Below, one piece after another: positions 56,555 through 64,000 of a DNA stretch of 64,000 nt; the first letter of the stretch is position 1; each line of letters opens with the position of its first letter. This DNA is from the human T2T-CHM13v2.0 reference genome, Homo sapiens: NCBI RefSeq assembly GCF_009914755.1, contig NC_060938.1. One strand, written 5' to 3'. The notes beneath the pieces were generated by a model that had not been told where the DNA came from, ran no database searches, and saw only the letters and a program-made list of their open reading frames with translations. The position numbers were made by a program, and so were the translations under genes.

Positions 56555-58603
56555 TCCTGAATTAGCAGTGCCCCGAGAAGCAGCAGGGTGGCCTGTAGGA
56601 GGTGTTCATCTGTTATGTGGAATGAATGGTGCCTCTTCAGAATTCTGTTGTGCAGTCTTCTATTAGAGAAAACCCTTTTTATCTGAGCATGGAGTTGGGA
56701 CATTACCTGTAGTTGGATATGATCTCCTTATCCTTCTCCCTTTGATTGATCTTTTTCTTTGAGCTGATTTGAGCTTTCTTCTTTTCTCTGTAGTTGGCGG
56801 AATCAGCTCAGTTACATTTTTTACTAAGTTACCCACATTCTGACACTCCTTGACAGTTTTAAGATCTTCTTCTAACACACTTGAATAGAATGGATACTGG
56901 AATCTATTTTGACAGCTGTTGAAAATCTATTCTGTTGTTACAGGAGGTTAAGGAGGTTATTTGTAACACTGGGATTATTTAATGAACCTTTTGAAAAGGT
57001 GTGCAGACTGTTCAGGCAAATAGTATTTTTTAGAATTTAAATGATTTTGGTTTTCACAGTTAAATTATCAAATGTAATGCTTTTAAGAATTATACACCTA
57101 GTAATATTTTTCATTAATTTTCTCCACCAGTGTAGTAATAGTACATTACAATGTTCTCAATTACCGGTGCCTTCTAAAATGCAGGTGTAGAGTCTTTAAA
57201 TACAGCTAGTCTATTGCCAGCTGTCCCATAGATAACCTTCTCTTTAAAAGTGACCTTTGAGCAATTTCATAAAGAATAAATATTTCTAGTTTTTTGTTGC
57301 TGAACTGCTAAAAGATGGTTCTATACATGTAACAGGTGGCTTTAGTTGGGTTGCTTTCACTGAAATTTGATTCAAATAAAGCATTGCATTATTTTACCTT
57401 TGGAATTATAATTATGTGCTAGACTGACTTCATTTTTGGCACACTGCATTTCAGTGTTGAGGTTTGGGTTGAGGATGGAGTGTCTTGCATGTGCAGGAGT
57501 AGGAGAGCTTTGCAGATAAGACATAGCAGCTGAGGCATAAAACATCAGCGTCTTTTTTATGCATCAGAGGAATTTCTATCAGAGGAGTTGCTGTTCTACT
57601 AGGCTTTAGATTTAGGGACAACTGTTCAGATTAACCCCTTAGACTTGAATTTTCTTTGATCTCAAATCCAAAGCATTAAAGAAGACTCTGTCAAGTTAAC
57701 CATCAGTACAGTGCTTAACACACAGTAGGCACACAAAATAAAATTTGTTCAATGGAATAAACTAGACAATTATGTTTGGGTTATTATTTAATATTAAATG
57801 TGATTTAATTACTTGAAATAGACGATCTTTCAGTTCCTGCCCTTTACCGCATTGCTTGGCAACACAATTGTTAACATGTTTTCTGATTAAAATAAATGTT
57901 CTTACCTAAGTTTATGCTAGATTATAGCATAAAGATTTAGAAGCATTAAATGGATGAAATAGAATTTGACACGTAGGCTATTTCTGAGAAATCTATTTTA
58001 TTAAGTATACTTTCTCTTGTGCCTGAAAAAATTTATCAAATTGTCCAAATCAGGTTCTAGCAAAGCAGGTAGAAGAGTTTTTAAAAAGACAATGTTCTTA
58101 GAAGAATTATATTTCTATTGTAGAAAGATTTAAAAAAGAAAAAGTTACATAAATAACACCTATAATCCTATTTTTCATTTTGTTGGCTATATTTAGTGTC
58201 TTCTACCATACACAAATTTTTCTTACACAAATATACAAAATTAGGTCCATTTGACATACTGTACAGTGGTATGTATCTCTACATATATGCCATTTGGTGA
58301 AAAAAATATCTAAACTGCCTTTTAAACTTAAACTGTCATTAATATTTTAATGCACCATCATAAACTCTTTTATGACAGTATTTTAAATGACCGTGTAGCA
58401 TTCTATAGTATGGCTGTGCCATAATTTATTAAACCAAACCCTTACACTTGGACATTTAGGTTATTTCCAGTTTCTTACAATGCTGTGGTAAACATCCTTT
58501 AAAGCACAGATTTGACCTCAGGTTATATGCCTGTAAGTGTAGTTTCTGGATCACGCTTCTTTAAAAATTAGCATATGTAATATGTTAACCATGACATCAT
58601 TCT

Positions 58604-61600
58604 TTTTAAAAATTTTTTAAATTTTTTTATTTCAGTAGGTTTTTGGGGAACAAATGGTATTTGGTTACATGAATAAGTTCTTTAGTGGTGATTTCTGAGA
58701 TTTTGGTGTACCCATCACCTGAGCTGTGCACACTTCACCCAGTGAGTACTCTTTTATCCCTCACCATCCCCACTCCTTCCCCCGAGTCCCCAAAGTCCAT
58801 TATATCATTCTTATGTCTTTGCATTCACATAGCGTAACTCCCACATATGAGTGAGAACATAGGATGTTTGGTTTTCCATTCCTGCATTACTTCACGTAGA
58901 ATAATAGTCTCCAATTCCATCCAGGTTGCTACAAATGCCATTATTTAGTTCATTTTCATGGCTGAGTAGTATTTCATGACGTATATATCACATTTTCTTT
59001 ATTCACTCATTGATAGATGAGCATTTGGGCTCGTTCCATATTTTTGCCATTGCAAATTGTGCTGCTACAAACATGCGTGTGCAAGTATCTTTTTCCTATA
59101 ATGACTTCTTTTTCTCTGGGTAGATACCTACCCAGAGATTGCCAGATCAAATGGTAGATCTACTTTTCGTTCTTTAAGGCACCTGAACACTGTTTTTCAT
59201 AGTGATTGTACTAGTTTACATTCCCACCGACAGTGTAAAAGTGTTCCCTTTTCACCACATCCCCGCCAATATCTGTTTTTATTTTTTTATTATGGCCATT
59301 CTTGCAGGAGTGAGATGGTATCGCATTGTGGTTTTGCTTTGCACTTCCCTGGTAATTAGTGATGTTGAGCATTTTTCCATATGCTTGTTGGCCATTTGTA
59401 TATCTTCTTTTGAGAATTCATGTCCTTAGCCCACTTTTTGATGGGATTGTTTGTTTTCTTCTTGCTGAGTTGTTTGAATTCTTTATAGATTCTGCAAATT
59501 AGTCCTTTGTTGGATGTATAGATTGTGAAAATTTTCTCCCACTCTGTGGGTTATCTGTTTACTCTGCTGATTATTTCTTTTGCTGTGCAGAAGCTTTTTA
59601 GTTTAATTAAGTCCCATCTATTTATCTTTGTTTTTGCTGCATTTGCTTTTGGGTTCTTGATCATGACGTCTTTACCTAAGCCAATATCTAGAAGGGTTTT
59701 TCCAATGTTATCTTCTAGAATTTTTATGGTTTCACGTCTTATATTTGTCTTTGATCCATCTTGAGTTGATTTTTGTATAAGGTGAGAGATGAGGATCCAG
59801 TTTCGTTTTTCTACATGTGGCTTGCCAATTATCCCAGCACCATTTGTTGAATAGGGTGTCCTTTTCCCACTTTTTGTTTTTGTTTGCTTTGTCGAAGATC
59901 AGTTGGCTGTAAGTATTTGGCTTTATTTCTGGGTTCTCTATTTTGTTCCATTGGTCTAGTGCCTATTTTTATACCAGTACCATGCTGTTTTTGTGACTAT
60001 GGCCTTGTAGTATAGTTTGAAGTCAGGTAATGTGATTCCTCCAGATTTGTGATTCTTTTTGCTTAGTTTTGCTTTGGCTATGTGGGCTCTTTTTTGGTTC
60101 CATATGAATTTTTGGATTTTTTTTCTGATTCTGTGAAGAACGATGGTGGTATTTTGATGGGAATTGCATTGAATTTATAGATTGCTTTTGGCAGTATGGT
60201 CATTTTCATAATATTGATTCTACCTATCCATGAGAATGGGATGTGTTTCCATTTGTTTGCATCATCTATGATTTCTTTCAGCAGTGTTTTGTAGTTTTCC
60301 TTGTAGGGATCTTTCATGTCCTTGGTTAGGTATATTCCTAAGCATTTTATTTTGTTTGCAGCTATTGTGAAAGGGGTTGAGTTCTCGATTTGATTCTCAG
60401 CTTGATTGCTGTTGGTGTATAGCAGAACTACTGATCTGTGTACATTAATTTTGTATCTTGAAACTTTGCTGAATTCATTTACTAGTTCTAGGAGCTTTTT
60501 GGATGAGTCTTTAGGGTTTTCTAGGTATACAATCATATCATCAGCAAACAGTGACAGTTTGACTTCCTCTTTACTGATTTTGATGCCCTGATGTCTTTCT
60601 CTTGTTTGATTGCTCCAGCTGGGACTTCCAGTACTATGTTGAATAGAAGTGGTGAAAGTGGGTATCCTCGTCATGTTCCAGTTCTCAGGGGGAATGCTTC
60701 AGCTTTTCTCCATTCAGTATAATGTTGGCTGTGGCTTCTATGCCAATTTTGCTGAGGGTTTTAATCATAAAGGGATGCTGGATTTTGTCAAATGCTGTTT
60801 CTGCATCTATTGAGATGATCATGTGATTTTTGTTTTTAATTCTGCTTATGTGGTATATCACATTTATGGACTTACATATGTTAAATCATCCCTGCATCCC
60901 TGATATGAAACCCGCTTGATTATGGTAGATTATCTTTTTGATATGCTGTTGGATTTGGTTCGCTAGTATTTTGTTGAGGATTTTTGCGTCTATGTTCATC
61001 AGGGATATTGGTCTGTAGTTTTCTTTTTTTGTTATGCCTTTCCCTGGTTTTAGTATTAGGGTGATACTGGCTTCATAGAATGATTAGGGAGGATTCCCTC
61101 TTTCTCTATCTTTTGGAATAGTGTCAATAGGATTGGTACCAATTCTTTGAATGCCTGATAGAATTCAGCTGTGAACCTGTCTCGTCCTGGACTTTTTTTT
61201 TGTTGGCAATTTTTAAAATTACCATTTCAATCTCGCTGCTTGTTATTGGTCTGTTCAGAGATTCTGTGTCTTCCTGGTTTAATCTAGGAGGGTTGTATGT
61301 TTCCAGGAATTTATCTGTCTCCTCTAGGTTTTCTAGTTTAAGCCTGTAAAGGTGTTCATAACCTTGAATAGTCTTTTATTATTTCTGTGGTATCAGTTGT
61401 ATTATCTCCTGTTTCATTTCTAATTGAGCTTATTTGGATCCTCTCTCTTCTTGGTTAATCTCGCTAATGGTCTATCAATTTTATTTATCTTTTCAAAGAA
61501 CCAGCTTTTTGTTTCATTTATCTTTTGTATTTTTTTGTTGTTGTTGTTTTAATTTTATTTAGTTCTGCTCTGATATTTGTTATTTCTTTTTTTCTGCTGG

Positions 61601-61700
61601 GTTTGGGTTTGGATTGTTCTTGTTTCTCCAGTTCCATGAGGTGTGCCCTTAGATTGTCCATTTGTGCTCTTTCAGACTTTTTGATGTAGGCATTTAATGC
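58604..61700 (-). mobile_element. L1PB-like LINE-1 of about 3.1 kb, 5'-truncated, antisense in the SAMD4A intron; degraded ORF2 (RT region at 60078-60674)
   Basis: ORF2 motifs [23 protein letters not shown] and [13 protein letters not shown]1PB-type 3'UTR. 18-bp TSD taaccatgacatc(a/c)ttct at 58586 and 61701. Confidence 0.93.
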
Positions 61701-63338
61701 TAACCATGACATCCTTCTGAAAGATTGGGCCAATGAGTGCTCCTGTGAACATTTAAGTATTTTTTTTGTACACTCTTTTCTACAATGGATATTGTTAAAA
61801 ACAAACAAAAGAAACCCTTGTTGATTGAAGAGGCTGTCATTATTTTCAGATACATTTCTTTGGTGATACTTTTTCATATATTTATGGTCTAGTAGTTTTT
61901 ATTTTTTCTTCTGTCTCCTTTTCCATGAGAACATTTGTTTTTTCTTATTAATTTATTAGCACTCTTTGTCATATATATGGATTTCCCCCCATTTTGTATA
62001 TTTGATGTTTGGAAGTTTACATTTTTATGCAGTCTATTGACAGGAAAAGGATTTTTAAGAGCAAATGATGTTTCTATTAGAAGTGTATTTTCTTCCCTTG
62101 GGTGGTATTGTTAAGTTTAACAGAAGGAAGGAAGAGGAACTGCTCAATTTTAGTTTAATCCTCTCAGAAGAGTTTTAAGTTATTAAAATGTATACAACGT
62201 ATATATTAAGAATTATAACATTTTCGTACTTGCATTGTCTGTTTAAACAGTATATCAAAGAGCTCAAATTAGCACCCTTATCTTAGAAAGTTTTACATTT
62301 GGATTTTGGTCTATTTTATTTCAACTTAAGACACATTAGAGGTGGGACAAGAGTTACAATGGATAAACGATTCATTGTGGGTGAAATTTTCTGAAGATGG
62401 AGTAATTTACACGCTCATCTATCAGGAATGACTGGAGATGAGGATGGAAACAGTGACTGCCATGGGTTATTCAAAGCTGATAGTTCTCTGATTCACAGAC
62501 ACCTACTGGGTCAAAAAGCCTCATGTTTTTACTCCCATGAGTCTAAATTTTATGGCCATGTGTGGTATAGATATTTTGGTTGGATTTTCCATGTTGATTT
62601 TTTTTGGACCATTCTGCCTCAAGTTTATGTTAGCAATATAAGTAGCAAGACTCAACTATGAGCAAAATTATGTAATAAGCCTATTGATATTAACATCCAC
62701 TAGAGCCAGTGATTCTCTGTGTGGGAAGCACGTATGTCTTTTGGGGAGGGAAAAAGGTGGCTTGTGTTATTCACTCATTCATTCATTCACTAATTTTTAT
62801 TTTGTGCCTATTCGGAACATGTTTTTCAAAAGAACATATACTGTGTTAGAGGTTGAGAGTCCAGCTGTATACAAGACACAGTCCCTTCCCTAGTTTGAAA
62901 GCAAAGTCCATTGCCCTGATTTATCTTGCATGATTTGTTAATCATGATATCTTTACTTTAATTTTCATATAAGGCAGGAGTTCCCTCTGATCGACTGCCT
63001 CAATGTCTGCATGGTTTACTTCACATCCTTCAGGTCTCTGCTTATATGTCTCCTTCTCAGAAAAGCCTTCCCAACCATCTCTCTAAACCTCTTGCCCTGA
63101 ATTATTTTATTCATGCTGTTTATTACCACATGGCATATTACATTACATATCTGTTTATCATCCAAACCGTATGCTAGAACGTAAGGTCCATGAGATGAGG
63201 GTGCTGTCGATTTTGTTGACTGCTTTTTCTCTAGCATAAAAAAATAGTTTGTGGGATATAGCAGGCACACAATAAATATTTGTTGAATGAGTTAATTCAC
63301 TGAATATTTGCATGCTTGTGATGTGTCTGGCACTGTCA

Positions 63339-63683
<345 letters not shown>

Positions 63684-64000
63684 TTAAGAAGAGCCTAGGT
63701 TATAAAAGGTGGGAAGATGCTGTGTAGGCAGCTTTATCTTCCCTTTTCTCTTTCCTGAGTGTCTTTGAATCCCTCCCTCTCCTCTCCTCTCTTCTCCTCT
63801 CCTAGCTGGTGGTAGTCTCTCTGTCAGCTGTGCTGAGTCCTTCTAGGGAGTGACATTGCATTCTTTTCATGACCTTCCCATGAGTGGCATAAAAACCCAG
63901 ATGTGCTCCACACATGAGCTGTGTATTCCCCAGACTACCAGGTAGCATGCTTTCCAGCACCTAGCTTTTTTCAGAAGTAGCCAAAGGCCACCTTAGGGTT

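Noticed and set aside
60078-60674. 198-aa reverse-transcriptase-like ORF as an active or novel RT gene
   Set aside because: It is a frameshifted fragment of L1 ORF2 within a 5'-truncated old L1PB copy.

Overview
This is primate (almost certainly human) genomic DNA, not prokaryotic. It holds the 3' half of CGRRF1 (four coding exons on the + strand at 3209-11553, ending in a C3HC4 RING finger), about 25 kb of repeat-dense intergenic DNA, the CpG-island promoter and first coding exon of SAMD4A (Smaug1; ATG at 41113), and the start of a very long SAMD4A intron. The gene order matches human 14q22 as I recall it. The most notable structure is the CGRRF1 intron at 3387-4062, which is a minor-spliceosome (U12-type, GT-AG) intron. 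A 179-bp unit spanning the exon end and the U12 5' splice site is repeated four times in tandem. This gives four intact GTATCCTTT donors competing for one U12 branch site and acceptor, and only the first donor keeps the reading frame. Other observations are uORFs and an RNA G-quadruplex motif in the SAMD4A 5'UTR, a deeply nested transposon cluster, several local duplications, and long pure (TA)n tracts. Repeat subfamily calls come from recalled consensus sequences and their boundaries are approximate. Exon numbers are inferred.
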